NCBI GenBank assembly: GCA_041739655.1 | Contig: JBGSNN010000462.1 | Span: forward strand, 1 to 49,159 | Origin: Albidovulum sp. | GTDB taxonomy: Bacteria; Pseudomonadota; Alphaproteobacteria; Rhodobacterales; Rhodobacteraceae | Direction: 5' to 3' | Length of the DNA stretch: 49,159 nucleotides | Shown here: one piece after another, positions 19,391 to 30,219 of the stretch | How the letters are laid out: every line of letters begins with the position of its first letter | How positions within the stretch are numbered: the stretch's first letter is position 1 | Made by a program: the position numbers and the translations under genes | The notes under the pieces: generated by a model | What the model saw: only the letters and a program-made list of their open reading frames with translations | What the model was told of the DNA's origin: nothing | The model's database searches: none

Positions 19391-20092
19391 ATGAATGAAG
19401 CATCAGAATTTGATGGCTATGTCGAGCAATACGACAAGGATCACCGTGCCAGCATAAAGCTCTCCGGCGAAGAGCCGGGATACTTTGCCGACTACAAGAT
19501 CCGCACCCTGCGTCACCTCGCGACCACATGGCAACTTTCGGCGCCGCGCATTCTGGACTTCGGCGCGGGTATCGGTGCGTCTGTACCCGCCTTCAGGACA
19601 TACTTTCCCGACGAGACCGTTACCCTGGCCGATGTCTCCGAGGCCAGCCTTCGCTTCGCCCGAGAAACGCACGGCGATCGGGAGGCACAGATCGCAATCC
19701 GCGATGGCCGGATCGCGGTTGAGAGCGGAAGCTTCGATGTTGTCTTCACCGCCTGTGTCTTTCATCATATCCCGCATGACGAACACAACGCTTGGCTCTC
19801 GGAACTGAGGCGCATTGTTCGGCCGGGCGGCCGCATCGTGATCTTCGAGCACAATCCGCTTAACCCGCTGACGCTTCATGCGGTGCGTACCTGTCCGTTC
19901 GACGTGAACGCGCACCTCATCAAGGCCGGAGAGATGCGTCGCAGGGTGACGGCAGCGGGCTGGCAGAGTGCCAAGGTGGACTTTCACGTCTTTTTCCCGG
20001 CCGCGCTGTCGGCACTGCGCCCTCTGGAGCAGCACCTGAAGTGGTGCCCGTTGGGCGCGCAGTATGCCTGCCACGCCAAGGCGCCAGAGTGA
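19391..20092 (+). CDS. Class I SAM-dependent methyltransferase
   Basis: ILDFGAGIG, FDVVFTACVFHH, RPGGRIVIFEHNPLNP; start at MNEASEFD. Confidence 0.88.
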   Translation: MNEASEFDGYVEQYDKDHRASIKLSGEEPGYFADYKIRTLRHLATTWQLSAPRILDFGAGIGASVPAFRTYFPDETVTLADVSEASLRFARETHGDREAQIAIRDGRIAVESGSFDVVFTACVFHHIPHDEHNAWLSELRRIVRPGGRIVIFEHNPLNPLTLHAVRTCPFDVNAHLIKAGEMRRRVTAAGWQSAKVDFHVFFPAALSALRPLEQHLKWCPLGAQYACHAKAPE

Positions 20093-20137
20093 GTGGTTGA
20101 ACGGATGCGCGCGGCACCGGCCGCCGAGAGGGATCGA

Positions 20138-21142
20138 ATGCTGGATTCAACCAAATCAGCCGAAGGGACCGGAGCATCCGTCGCGGTGACCCCCCGGGAT
20201 ATTCCGACGCTTGATATCGTGATCCCCTGCTACAACGAACAGGAGGTCCTTCCGGTCCTGCTTGACCGTCTCGGCCGACTTGGCGAGGAACTGGTGGCAC
20301 AGCGCCGTGTCGTAACGGCGCCACGGCTGATCCTTGTTGACGATGGGTCATCAGACGCGACCTGGAACCTCATCAAGGGCGCGACAGCGGTGCTTGGCGT
20401 CCGCCTGTCGCGCAATCACGGCCATCAGGCCGCGCTGATTGCCGGGCTGACGCACGCCACAGCCGACGTCGTCATCAGCATGGATGCCGATTTGCAGGAC
20501 GACCCCGCCGTCGTCGGTGAGATGATCGACGCCTACAGGAACGGTGCCGAGGTCGTTTACGGCGTGCGTGCGCTGCGCGAGCAGGACACGCATTTCAAGC
20601 GTGGAACGGCCCAGACCTACTATAAGATCCTGTCCGCGCTTGGCGTAGATATCATTCCCGACCACGCCGATTTCCGGCTGATGAGCCGCAAGGCACTTGC
20701 TTTGCTTTGGGAGTTCCCCGAGCGCAATCTCTTCCTGCGGGCCCTTGTCCGGCAGATCGGTCTCAGTTCGGCCAACGTCTACTACAACCGGATGGAGCGC
20801 GCTGGCGGTCACAGCAAGTACGATCTTCCCCGGATGGTCGGATTTGCGCTTGAGGGCGTCACGTCCTTCTCGATCCGACCGCTGCGGCTTATCGCATGGA
20901 TCGGATTCGCGATTGCGACCGTCGCAATCTTCGCGTCGGTCTACGCCCTCGTCGGATGGCTGCTAGGTGCCGTGGTGCCGGGCTGGACCTCGATCGTTCT
21001 GCCCATCTACATCCTCGGCGGCGCGCATTTGCTAGCCCTCGGAATTGTGGGCGAATATGTCGGGAAGATATATCTCGAGGTGAAGCAGCGGCCACGATTC
21101 ATCGTTGACGAACTATCCGTCCCGAGCGCCGGAGAGTCGTGA
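20138..21142 (+). CDS. GT2 polyprenol-phosphate glycosyltransferase (GtrB/ArnC-like)
   Basis: VIPCYNE, VDDGSSD, LSRNHGHQAAL, MDADLQD, DFRLMSR, two C-terminal TMs, GEYVGKIYLEVKQRP. Confidence 0.92.
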   Translation: MLDSTKSAEGTGASVAVTPRDIPTLDIVIPCYNEQEVLPVLLDRLGRLGEELVAQRRVVTAPRLILVDDGSSDATWNLIKGATAVLGVRLSRNHGHQAALIAGLTHATADVVISMDADLQDDPAVVGEMIDAYRNGAEVVYGVRALREQDTHFKRGTAQTYYKILSALGVDIIPDHADFRLMSRKALALLWEFPERNLFLRALVRQIGLSSANVYYNRMERAGGHSKYDLPRMVGFALEGVTSFSIRPLRLIAWIGFAIATVAIFASVYALVGWLLGAVVPGWTSIVLPIYILGGAHLLALGIVGEYVGKIYLEVKQRPRFIVDELSVPSAGES

Positions 21143-21146
21143 TCCG

Positions 21147-22697
21147 ATGACCGTAATCCCTGATAGTCCGACCTCGCGATCCTTGCAGCTTTCACGCTAC
21201 GCGCCAGTCGCGGCGTTTCTCGCGGTTTCGCTGGCAGTCGCGGCGCCGATCCTGATCCATGCCGCGCTTCCGGGCGTGGACCTACCCAATCATATCGCCC
21301 GCTACGCGATCATGGCTGATCCGACTGGACCGCTCGGCAAATACTATTCGGTGCCGGGCTACGCCGCCGTGCCGAATTCAGCGGTCGATCTCATCTGGCT
21401 TATGACCGGAATGAGCGGCGACCCGATCCGCTTTGCCAATGCAATCTTTGCACTCTATGCGGTCAACTTCGTCGCTTCGGTCATGGTGCTGTCGCGTGTG
21501 CTCCAAGGGCACTGGACCGTGTGGCCCGTCGTCTCGGGCTTTCTGGTCTATAACGGAGCCTTCTTCTGGGGCTTCCAGAACTACCTGTTCTCGGTCCCGT
21601 TTGCGATCTACGGGCTTGCCCTCTGGATTGCGACCGAGCGTCAGCCGACCGCTTTCCGTCTTCTGATCTTTCTGCCCTTTGCCGCCGGGCTCTATCTCAT
21701 GCATCTGTTCGCGTTTGTGGCCCTGGCGCTTCTGGCCTTTGCGCGGGAGCTCCAGGAACTCATCGCGGCAGGGTCGAACTGGACGCGGAGACTTCTTGAA
21801 CGCATCGCGATGGCAGTTCCGTTCCTGCTGCCCATCATCTGGATGCTCTCCGGGCCGACTGGCGAGCAAGGCACCCATACAAGCTTCGGTGACCTCGGCG
21901 AACGGATCGAGGCGTTGCGCTCGCCTGTCAGCACCCGGGCACTTGACGAAGCGCCTTTCATGACGTCGGTCGGGCTTTGCGGCCTTGCGATCCTGGTCCT
22001 CTGTCTCCTGACGGTGTTCCGGCGGGGCGGACCGCGGTTGGTTGCGAACCGTCAGATCGTGGCACCAGCCCTCGTCCTGCTCGTGGCCGCGGTCGCGGCG
22101 CCGATGTGGTTGAACGGCGTTGCCTATGTGCAGATCAGGTTGCCATTCGTCGTCCTTGCGGTGCTGATTGCCGGAACCTCGTGGCGCGGCATTTCCCCGC
22201 GCCAGGGAGCGATTCTGGTCGCTGTTTTTGCAACTCTGATCGGCGTTCGCTCAATCCAATTCGAGCAGTACGCCGCGCTGAATGACCGCGAGATTCACGA
22301 TCTTGAGACGGTTCTCGCAGAGCTTCCCCCCGGAAGCAGGTTGCTGCCGCTCAGGGCGCCGGGTCAACAGGGCATGCGACGGCTCTGGCAAGCGCAGGCC
22401 TATGCAGTGACACTCCGGCAGAGTTTCGTGCCGACGCTCTTTCTGGGGGTCCATGCGCTGAATGTGCGGCCGGAGTGGCTGGAGTATACCAATCCGGCGC
22501 TGTTTGCGATCGACCTGAGACGCATTCTTGTGCCACGGTCCGAACGGCCTCGGACACAGGGTACCTTCTGGAAGGACTGGGAGGACGTTTTCACATATGC
22601 CCTTGTGCTGGACGCTTTCGACCCGGCCTTGATAGCGGATCAGCCGCTGAGGACGGTGGCCCGATCCGGTCGCTTTACCCTTCTCAAGATCGAATGA
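21147..22697 (+). CDS. Polytopic membrane protein, probable GT-C-type periplasmic glycosyltransferase
   Basis: Many TM segments, first-loop DLPNH motif, soluble C-terminal domain; directly follows the GtrB-like gene. Confidence 0.55.
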   Translation: MTVIPDSPTSRSLQLSRYAPVAAFLAVSLAVAAPILIHAALPGVDLPNHIARYAIMADPTGPLGKYYSVPGYAAVPNSAVDLIWLMTGMSGDPIRFANAIFALYAVNFVASVMVLSRVLQGHWTVWPVVSGFLVYNGAFFWGFQNYLFSVPFAIYGLALWIATERQPTAFRLLIFLPFAAGLYLMHLFAFVALALLAFARELQELIAAGSNWTRRLLERIAMAVPFLLPIIWMLSGPTGEQGTHTSFGDLGERIEALRSPVSTRALDEAPFMTSVGLCGLAILVLCLLTVFRRGGPRLVANRQIVAPALVLLVAAVAAPMWLNGVAYVQIRLPFVVLAVLIAGTSWRGISPRQGAILVAVFATLIGVRSIQFEQYAALNDREIHDLETVLAELPPGSRLLPLRAPGQQGMRRLWQAQAYAVTLRQSFVPTLFLGVHALNVRPEWLEYTNPALFAIDLRRILVPRSERPRTQGTFWKDWEDVFTYALVLDAFDPALIADQPLRTVARSGRFTLLKIE

Positions 22698-22898
22698 CAC
22701 TGGCGCGCCTTGACGCTGCCATCGGGAAACCGGCGCGACTTCGCTGAGCGCGGATCGAAGCGAAGTGAGGCATGAAAAGCGCAAAACACTGCCGCCAGCC
22801 GTTTTCATTTGGCTTATCCGCCGTGCCGTGGCATCGACGCAGTCGAACCGGGACAGACGCGCCCCGGCCGGACATGCAGATTTCGGACAGACCGCAGA

Positions 22899-24302
22899 AT
22901 GCTGAAGAAAGCCTTCCTCGTTGTCGGCGGCAACGCCTTCGGCTCGGCCCTTCTCCTGTTGCGCAACCTCATTGTCGCGCGGCTCGTCAGTCCGCATGAC
23001 TATGGCATCGCCTCGACCTTCGCGATCAGCATGTCGATTGTCGAAATGCTGTCCTATGTCGGGCTCAATCAGCTCATGGTGGTGGACAAGGACGGCGACG
23101 ACGACCGCTTTCAGCGTGCCATGCAGGGCTTTCAGGTGATGCGCGGCCTGATATCCAGCCTGATCCTGTTCGCGATTGCCCATCCGTATGCGGATTTCCT
23201 CGGGATACCTGAGCTTGCCTGGGCCTATCAGATCATCGCCCTGATCCCTCTGGCGAACGGATTGCAGCATTTCGACATGCACCGCCTGAAGCGGCATCTC
23301 AACTTCCGCCCGTCCATCGCAACGCAGTCGATCCCGCCGCTGATTTCGGTCCTGCTGATCTGGCCCATCGCAATGGTCTATGACGATTACCGGATCATGC
23401 TGGTGTCGCTGTTCGTGCAGGCAGGAACAATGGTGATCCTGTCGCATATCATGGCCGAACGGCCGTATCGGCTGACCCTTGATGTCGCGCTCATCAAGAA
23501 GGCGACGGTCTTCGGCTGGCCGCTTCTGGTCAACGGCATCCTTCTCTTTGGGGTGTTCAACGGCGAAAGGCTGATCGTCGGGCGCGAACTCGGGATGGCG
23601 CAGCTTGCCGTCTTTTCGATGGCGATCACGCTGACGCTGACGCCGACGCTGGTCCTTGGCGGCGCGGCGCAGAGCCTGTTCCTGCCCAAACTGACGAAGG
23701 CGCGGGACGATGCCGGGGCCTTCAACTGGTTCGCCGTCGCTTCGGTCGAGGGCGGGCTGGCCATCGGGCTTCTGTCGCTTCTTGGCACCGTGCTGTTCGG
23801 CGGTCCGATCGTGCACCTGCTGCTTGGCGCAAAATACGAGGCGATGCTGACGATCCTGGTTCCGATGGCGGTGATGCAGGCGGTGCGTGTGGCCAAGACC
23901 GGCGCCTCCACCGTGGCGCTGGCCAAGGGCCGGTCGGGCAATTCGGCGGTGGCGAACATCTTCCGGGTCATCTCGCTGCCACTGTCCTGGTACGCGGTGG
24001 TGCAGACCGGGTCAGTCTATACCATCCTCGCGATCGCCATGGCGGCCGAGGCGCTGGGCTACATCGCGTCGCTCTATCTGGCGGCGCATCGTACCGGGCT
24101 CTTGCTCAGGCCGGTGATCCTGCCGTCGGTTCTCTTCACGCTGGCCTGTGTCGCGGCGCTGATCGACGAGCGGTTTCTGACGCAGCAAACCGGATGGGGT
24201 GCCAACCTGCACTGGACGCGCTGGGTGGTGGCAGCGATGATCCTCGCGGCGCTCGCCTCGATGTCGGGCCTGCGCGGCTATCTTGTCCGGCACTTTCGCT
24301 AG
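22899..24302 (+). CDS. wzx: Oligosaccharide flippase (Wzx/PST family)
   Basis: [31 protein letters not shown]; roughly 12-14 TMs. Confidence 0.85.
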   Translation: MLKKAFLVVGGNAFGSALLLLRNLIVARLVSPHDYGIASTFAISMSIVEMLSYVGLNQLMVVDKDGDDDRFQRAMQGFQVMRGLISSLILFAIAHPYADFLGIPELAWAYQIIALIPLANGLQHFDMHRLKRHLNFRPSIATQSIPPLISVLLIWPIAMVYDDYRIMLVSLFVQAGTMVILSHIMAERPYRLTLDVALIKKATVFGWPLLVNGILLFGVFNGERLIVGRELGMAQLAVFSMAITLTLTPTLVLGGAAQSLFLPKLTKARDDAGAFNWFAVASVEGGLAIGLLSLLGTVLFGGPIVHLLLGAKYEAMLTILVPMAVMQAVRVAKTGASTVALAKGRSGNSAVANIFRVISLPLSWYAVVQTGSVYTILAIAMAAEALGYIASLYLAAHRTGLLLRPVILPSVLFTLACVAALIDERFLTQQTGWGANLHWTRWVVAAMILAALASMSGLRGYLVRHFR

Positions 24303-24847
24303 ACGCCGCCGCGCATCTTCACGACCTTGGCAGGGACACCCACGGCGATCGCACCCGCGGGCACATCCCTCGTCACGACCGAGCCTGCGCCGATCACCGC
24401 ACCATCACCGATCGTGATGCCCGCGGTCAGGATCGCCCGGGTGCCGATCCAGCAGTCGGCACCGATGACGATGTCTCGCTCAATCATCTCCTGATCGGTG
24501 ATGCGCTTGTCCGCGGCAAGGCCATAGTCGGCGGCGGTGGCGAAAACCTCGGGGCCAAAGGTGGTACGGGCGCCGACCTTGATCCAGCTTTTGCTTTTGC
24601 CGGCCCAAAGCGAGCATCGCGCGCCGATCTGCACCTGATCGCCCAGCGCGATCCGCTCGGCATTGGCGAAGGACACATTCGGTGCAATCCGTACGTCGCG
24701 CCCGAGCATGAGAAGTCGGCGCGGGGCGACATGGGTGTAGCCGTAGTAGTGCATGAGGCGGAAGGGATGCAGCAGGACACCCGGATCAAGGAACGATCCG
24801 ACCGCGCGTTTCAGCCTTGTCAGTACGCTCCGCTGCCGCACGGCCAT
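24299..24847 (-). CDS. Left-handed beta-helix acyltransferase (maltose/galactoside O-acetyltransferase-like)
   Basis: Start MAVRQR after GGGAG; hexapeptides [30 protein letters not shown]. Confidence 0.9.
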   Translation of the reverse strand: MAVRQRSVLTRLKRAVGSFLDPGVLLHPFRLMHYYGYTHVAPRRLLMLGRDVRIAPNVSFANAERIALGDQVQIGARCSLWAGKSKSWIKVGARTTFGPEVFATAADYGLAADKRITDQEMIERDIVIGADCWIGTRAILTAGITIGDGAVIGAGSVVTRDVPAGAIAVGVPAKVVKMRGGV

Positions 24848-24959
24848 CGCAATCTCCCGCTCATCGGGCGCCGTGCGCATTTCTGCGTGGCGGCGCAAGT
24901 GCCAAATTGCTACCACGTTCGGGCGACAGAGCAAACGCAAGCGGACGGACCCTGAGGCC

Positions 24960-25979
24960 ATGACAACCGGAACCTGCCCCATCGGCACTGTCATCGTCGC
25001 CTTCAACGCCAGCGATGTCATCATCGGCTGCGTCGAGAGCCTGCTGGCGCAGCGCCACGGGCGCCCCAAGATCGTGGTGGTGGACAATGCCTCCGCCGAC
25101 GACACGGTGGCGGTGCTGCGGCATTGGGCCGCGCGGCATCCCGAGGTCGCGTTCCGCGAGTTTGCCTCGGGCGAGCGACCGTCGCACGGCGAGGCGGGCG
25201 AAGTGACCCTGCTGCATTCGACGGTCAACCGGGGCTTTGCAGGGGGCGTGAACCTTGGCCTCGCGCTTCTGGCGCCGATGCCTGAGATCGGGCATTTCTG
25301 GGTGCTGAACCCGGATGCGTTCGCCGACCCGGATGCGACGAAGGCGATCATGGCGGCAGCCGCCGCAAGTCCCGGCTATGCGCTGATGGGGGGGCGGGTC
25401 TGCTATGCCGACCCGAAGACCCGCATCCAGATCGACGGCGGCACGCTGAACCGCTGGACCGGGGTCAGCGGCAACGTCAACCTTGGCCATGATGCCGACA
25501 CGACCGCGCTGCCCAAGGCCGAGGATCTCGATTTCATCACCGGGGCAAACATGGTCGCCTCGCGTCGGTTCTATGAGGCCGCCGGGCCGATGGCCGAGGA
25601 TTACTTTCTCTACTACGAGGAGGCGGATTGGGCGATGCGGCGGGGCGCGATGCCGCTGGTCGTGGCACCGGGCTTCACCGTCTATCACCACGCCGGGACC
25701 GCCATCGGGTCGCCCACGCTCGACCGCATGGCCTCGCCCTTCTCGTTCTGGTTCAAGTATCGCGGGCGAACGATGTTCATCCGCCGCTTCAACCCCCTCG
25801 CCTTGCCGGTGGCGCTCGCCTATGCCGCCGCCAAGGCGCTTCAGATCGCGCTGAAGGGCGCGCGGCCGCAAGCCGATGCGTTGCTGCGGGGCGCGCTCTG
25901 TCTCGAGCCGCCACGCGAGGTCCGTGACCGGCTGTCGCCGGAGGCGCAGAAGATCGCGTTTGGCCGTGCGCTGGAGTAG
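24960..25979 (+). CDS. GT2 glycosyltransferase (rhamnosyltransferase-like)
   Basis: [29 protein letters not shown]. Confidence 0.9.
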   Translation: MTTGTCPIGTVIVAFNASDVIIGCVESLLAQRHGRPKIVVVDNASADDTVAVLRHWAARHPEVAFREFASGERPSHGEAGEVTLLHSTVNRGFAGGVNLGLALLAPMPEIGHFWVLNPDAFADPDATKAIMAAAAASPGYALMGGRVCYADPKTRIQIDGGTLNRWTGVSGNVNLGHDADTTALPKAEDLDFITGANMVASRRFYEAAGPMAEDYFLYYEEADWAMRRGAMPLVVAPGFTVYHHAGTAIGSPTLDRMASPFSFWFKYRGRTMFIRRFNPLALPVALAYAAAKALQIALKGARPQADALLRGALCLEPPREVRDRLSPEAQKIAFGRALE

Positions 25980-26844
25980 CACCGGGCTGTTGGCGTTGGG
26001 GATTGCCGTCGGCCACGCCGCAGCGCAGGAACTGCGGCCGGTGGCACGCTTCGTCTGGACGCTGAACGATGCGGATTTTGGCGGTTTTTCTGGCCTCGTC
26101 GTCACTGATGCCGGGCGTACGCTCTGGGCTGTGAGCGATCGTGGCACGCTCTGGCGCGCCGAGATCGAGCGCGACGTCGAAGGCCGCATCACCGGCCTCG
26201 GCGCACCTTGGCATGACCGCTTCCTGGACAATCAGGGCAAGCCCGTCAGCGGGTTTACGTCTGACTCCGAGGCGATCGCCGCGGCGCCGGACGGCGGTTT
26301 CTTCATCGGCTATGAGAGCTATTCCCGTGTGACTGGCCTTAACCCGCCCGATATGCGGCCAACGCCGCTTCACGCCTTTGAGCGCTTCAAGACCGAGTGG
26401 AACAACGAGGGCTTTGAAGGCCTCGCGCGGCGCGGCGACGGATCTCTTCTGGCGGTCGTGGAGCGCCGGGATGCGACTGCGGGCGGCTACCGGACCTACA
26501 TCGGGCGCGGCCATGACTGGCGGCCCGGACCGATCCTGAAGACCGCCCCCGGTTTCGGCGCCTCCGACCTTGCGATCGACGCGGATGGGGCGCTTTGGTT
26601 GCTGGAGCGTCGGCTGACCTGGCTCGGTCAGTTCGAGACCCGTATCTCTACCTGCGCGGATGCGAATGGGGGTGCGGTGGACTGTGATCCGGTGATCCTG
26701 CCGGGGTCGGCCGAACTTGGCAACATGGAAGGTCTTTCGGTCTGGCACGACGCCGATGGCCGCCGGTTCATCAGCCTGATTTCCGACGACAATTTCAGCA
26801 TGCTCAGTTCGACGGCAATCGTGGAATACGAAATCCTCCGCTGA
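25966..26844 (+). CDS. Esterase-like activity of phytase family protein (secreted beta-propeller)
   Basis: GTG start with signal peptide; FGGFSGL, VSDRG, DSEAI, NEGFEGL, LLER, NMEGL, LISDDNF. Confidence 0.85.
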   Translation: MRWSSTGLLALGIAVGHAAAQELRPVARFVWTLNDADFGGFSGLVVTDAGRTLWAVSDRGTLWRAEIERDVEGRITGLGAPWHDRFLDNQGKPVSGFTSDSEAIAAAPDGGFFIGYESYSRVTGLNPPDMRPTPLHAFERFKTEWNNEGFEGLARRGDGSLLAVVERRDATAGGYRTYIGRGHDWRPGPILKTAPGFGASDLAIDADGALWLLERRLTWLGQFETRISTCADANGGAVDCDPVILPGSAELGNMEGLSVWHDADGRRFISLISDDNFSMLSSTAIVEYEILR

Positions 26845-27027
26845 GGCGGATTGTGCACGCGGCAGCCGCGACAGAGCGTGCTGCGGGAAATTCGCTTTGC
26901 CAAGGCCAAGGCGCTCGGCTAGAACGGGCGCGGAATTGAGGCGGGGGCATTCAGGGAATTCCGGGCGGGAGGCACGCTTTGCCGACCGTCGAAAAGTAAC
27001 GGAACCGATGCGAGCGCGAGGTTTGCA

Positions 27028-28344
27028 GTGAAGATCGCAGTTTTTGGCCTGGGCTACGTCGGCATCGTGTCGGCCGCCTGTCTGGCGCGTGACGGTCACG
27101 AGGTGATCGGCGTCGATCCGCAGCCGACGAAGGTTGACCTCGTCAATGGCGGCAAGCCGCCGATCATCGAAAAGAACGTCGGCGAGTTGATCGCCGAGGC
27201 GGTCGAGACCGGCAAGCTGCGCGCGACGACATCGCCCGCCGAGGCGGTGGCCTTTGCCGATCTGAGCCTCGTCTGCGTCGGCACACCGTCACGCAAGAAC
27301 GGCAGCCTTGAGACCGATGCTGTTGCCCGTGTGTGCGAGGAGATCGGCGCCGCCATTGCCGCGAAGGGCAAGCCGCACACGGTCGTCATTCGGTCCACGA
27401 TCCTGCCCGGAACGATGCGGGGAATCGTCATCCCGACGCTGGAAAAAGCCGTGGGTGCCAGGGCGAAGGACTTGCTGCGCATCGCCAACAACCCGGAATT
27501 CCTGCGGGAATCGACGGCCGTCTATGACTATGACAACCCGCCGAAGACGGTTGTCGGATCGGAAGATGCCGCTGTGGCGCAGGCGGTTCTCGACCTCTAC
27601 GCCGACCTGCCTGGACCGAAGATCGCGACCCGGCTCGAAGTTGGCGAGATGGTGAAATATGCCGACAACTCCTGGCACGCGGTCAAGGTGGCCTTCGCCA
27701 ACGAGATCGGCAACATCGCCAAGGCCCTGGATGTCGATAGCTGGGAAGTGATGGACATCTTCTGTCAGGACACCAAGCTGAACATCTCGCCCTACTACAT
27801 GAAGCCAGGGTTTGCCTTCGGCGGATCCTGCCTGCCGAAGGACGTGCGCGCGCTGACCTTCAAGGGCCGCGACCTTGACCTGGACCTGCCGCTTCTGAAC
27901 TCGCTGATCCCGACCAACGTTGGCCAGGTGGATCGCGCCGTCGAGATGATCGCCGACTATGGCGCGAGAAACGTCGCCTTCCTCGGCATCAGCTTCAAGG
28001 CCGGCACCGACGACCTGCGCGAAAGCCCGCAGGTGACTCTGGTCGAGCGGCTGATCGGCAAGGGCTTCAACCTGCGCATCTATGACAGGAACGTGCATCT
28101 GTCGCGTCTTCTGGGCGCGAACCGGGCCTATATCGAAGGCGCCATTCCGCATATCGCGGAAATCCTGTCGGACGATATGGACGCGGTTCTGGCGCATGGC
28201 GACCTCATCATCATCGGCAACCCCGCGCCGGAGTTCAAGTTTCTGGGCGAAAAGGTGCGCGCCGGTCAAAAGGTGCTGGATCTGGTGCGTATCCCCGGCC
28301 TTCAGGCCGAACTGGGGGAGCGTTACAGTGGCATCAACTGGTAA
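27028..28344 (+). CDS. UDP-glucose/GDP-mannose 6-dehydrogenase, AlgD-like
   Basis: FGLGYVG, CVGTPS, NPEFLRESTA, PGFAFGGSCLPKDVRAL, SFKAGTDDLRESP, C-terminal GINW. Confidence 0.92.
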   Translation: MKIAVFGLGYVGIVSAACLARDGHEVIGVDPQPTKVDLVNGGKPPIIEKNVGELIAEAVETGKLRATTSPAEAVAFADLSLVCVGTPSRKNGSLETDAVARVCEEIGAAIAAKGKPHTVVIRSTILPGTMRGIVIPTLEKAVGARAKDLLRIANNPEFLRESTAVYDYDNPPKTVVGSEDAAVAQAVLDLYADLPGPKIATRLEVGEMVKYADNSWHAVKVAFANEIGNIAKALDVDSWEVMDIFCQDTKLNISPYYMKPGFAFGGSCLPKDVRALTFKGRDLDLDLPLLNSLIPTNVGQVDRAVEMIADYGARNVAFLGISFKAGTDDLRESPQVTLVERLIGKGFNLRIYDRNVHLSRLLGANRAYIEGAIPHIAEILSDDMDAVLAHGDLIIIGNPAPEFKFLGEKVRAGQKVLDLVRIPGLQAELGERYSGINW

Positions 28345-29560
28345 GCCCGCGACCGATCAGCGCGGACGTGGCCGCCGCATCCTGATCGTCGTCGAGAACC
28401 TGCCTGTGCCCTTTGATCGCCGCGTCTGGGCCGAGGCGACGACACTGGCCGCGCATGGCTACACCGTTTCGGTCATCTCGCCCAAGGGCAAGGGGTTCGA
28501 GGCAGAGTACGAGCTTCTCGATGGCGTCCATGTCTATCGCCACGATCTGCCGCCCGAAGGCAATTCCGCCGCTGGGTATCTGCGCGAATATGGCTCGGCC
28601 CTGTCGAACGAGCTTCGTCTGGCGCTGAAGGTGAAGCGCGAGCGCGGCATCGACATCCTGCACGGCTGCAATCCGCCCGACCTGATCTTCCTTGTCGCGT
28701 GGGTGATGCGGCTGTTCGGCGTGCGCTACCTTTTTGACCACCACGACATCTGCCCGGAACTCTACGAGGCGAAGTTCGACAAGCGCGGCGTTCTGTGGAG
28801 GGCGATGCGCCTTTTCGAGTGGCTGACCTTCAAAACCGCGACCGTGTCGATCGCCACCAACGAAAGCTATGCCGAGATCGCGCGGCGGCGCGGCGGGATG
28901 AAGGCCGCAGATGTGTTCGTCGTCCGCTCGGGCCCGAAGATCGAGAAGCTGGAGTTGCGGCCGCCGCGCGAGGAGCTGAAGAAGGGCGCCAGATACCTCA
29001 TCGGCTACGTCGGTGTGATCGGTCAGCAGGAAGGCCTGGACCTTCTGGTGGCGAGTGCAGACCACATGATCCGCAAGATGGGCCGGACCGACGTGCATTT
29101 CGGCATCGTCGGCGGCGGCCCGGCACTCGAGGAGGTGCAGGCCGAAGTGCGGGCGCGCGGGCTGGAGGGCTATTTCACCTTCACCGGCCGCGCGCCGGAC
29201 GATATGCTGCTCGACATGCTCAACACCGCCGATGTCTGCGTGAACCCGGACCGGGTGTCGCCAATGAACGACCTTTCGACCATGAACAAGATCATGGAGT
29301 ACATGACGCTGGCCAAGCCCATCGTGCAGTATGAGCTGAAAGAGGGCCGCGCCTCGGCGGCTGAGGCATCGCTTTACGCCCGTCCGAACGACACCGTGGA
29401 TTTCGCCGAAAAGGTCGTGAGCCTGCTCGACGATCCCGAAAAGCGGGCGGCGATGGGCCGGATCGGGCGCGACCGGGTGCAGGTGGCGCTGAGTTGGGCG
29501 CATTCGGTGCCGAACCTGCTCGCGGCCTATGACCGCGCCTTTGCCAAGATCGGCAAGTAA
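28328..29560 (+). CDS. GT4 glycosyltransferase
   Basis: IVENLPVPFDRRVW, HGCNPPD, FDHHD, MNKIMEYM; GTG start overlaps the upstream stop. Confidence 0.9.
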   Translation: MASTGKPATDQRGRGRRILIVVENLPVPFDRRVWAEATTLAAHGYTVSVISPKGKGFEAEYELLDGVHVYRHDLPPEGNSAAGYLREYGSALSNELRLALKVKRERGIDILHGCNPPDLIFLVAWVMRLFGVRYLFDHHDICPELYEAKFDKRGVLWRAMRLFEWLTFKTATVSIATNESYAEIARRRGGMKAADVFVVRSGPKIEKLELRPPREELKKGARYLIGYVGVIGQQEGLDLLVASADHMIRKMGRTDVHFGIVGGGPALEEVQAEVRARGLEGYFTFTGRAPDDMLLDMLNTADVCVNPDRVSPMNDLSTMNKIMEYMTLAKPIVQYELKEGRASAAEASLYARPNDTVDFAEKVVSLLDDPEKRAAMGRIGRDRVQVALSWAHSVPNLLAAYDRAFAKIGK

Positions 29561-29562
29561 TC

Positions 29563-30219
29563 TCAGGCCCGCCGCGACAGCATAAGGGCAGCGCAGAGCA
29601 CACCCGCGACGAACCCGCCGAGATGCGCCTGCCAGGCGAGGGTGCCGGCCATAGCCCACCAAAGGGCCAGGTTCAGAAGGGCGATCGCCCCGGCCGACTG
29701 CAGCACCGGCAGGATGCTGCGGTGCCGCTGGCGAAGTTGTGCTGCAGTCAAGACCAGGAACGCCGCCGCCAGCCCGAAGATCGCCCCCGAAGCGCCGACC
29801 ATCGGCGCGCCGTCAGAGGTCAGCCAGCCGAAGGCCAGCCCGCCGCCGATCTGCGACAGGGCGTAGAGCAGGAGAAACGATCCGGTGCCGAAGCGCGGCG
29901 CGAGGACCGCGCCGAAGGCGATCAGCGTCGCCATGTTGAGCGCGAGATGCGACAGCCCGCCATGAAGAAAGCCGTAGGTCGCGAACATGGCGACGGTCTG
30001 GCCGGGATAGCTCGGCTGCCAACCGTGCATCAGTCCGGACCAGAAGGCACCGTATTGATAGGCCGTCAGCCGCCAATCGGGGTGCCCCCAGATCCCCAGA
30101 TCGGCAAGCGTCAGAGCTGCCTCGGGAAGCGCCGAGGCACCGACCAGTAGCCAGACGACGGCGGGAACCGCACGGCGTGACGGGGCGCGGGTCGTGGCCA
30201 ACGGGTCAGAACGGGACAA
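29563..30219 (-). CDS. Rhomboid intramembrane serine protease
   Basis: [18 protein letters not shown] (catalytic Ser), AHLGG (catalytic His); start uncertain, overlaps the end of xrtD. Confidence 0.88.
   Translation of the reverse strand: MSRSDPLATTRAPSRRAVPAVVWLLVGASALPEAALTLADLGIWGHPDWRLTAYQYGAFWSGLMHGWQPSYPGQTVAMFATYGFLHGGLSHLALNMATLIAFGAVLAPRFGTGSFLLLYALSQIGGGLAFGWLTSDGAPMVGASGAIFGLAAAFLVLTAAQLRQRHRSILPVLQSAGAIALLNLALWWAMAGTLAWQAHLGGFVAGVLCAALMLSRRA

Noticed and set aside
21147-22697. Wzy polymerase call
   Set aside because: First-loop DxxxH motif, soluble C-terminal domain and GtrB linkage fit GT-C better; no confident Wzy in the window, so it may lie beyond 49159.
29563-30219. Rhombosortase (GlyGly-CTERM system) call
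   Set aside because: No canonical GlyGly-CTERM substrate in the window and no basis for the subfamily assignment; kept as a generic rhomboid.
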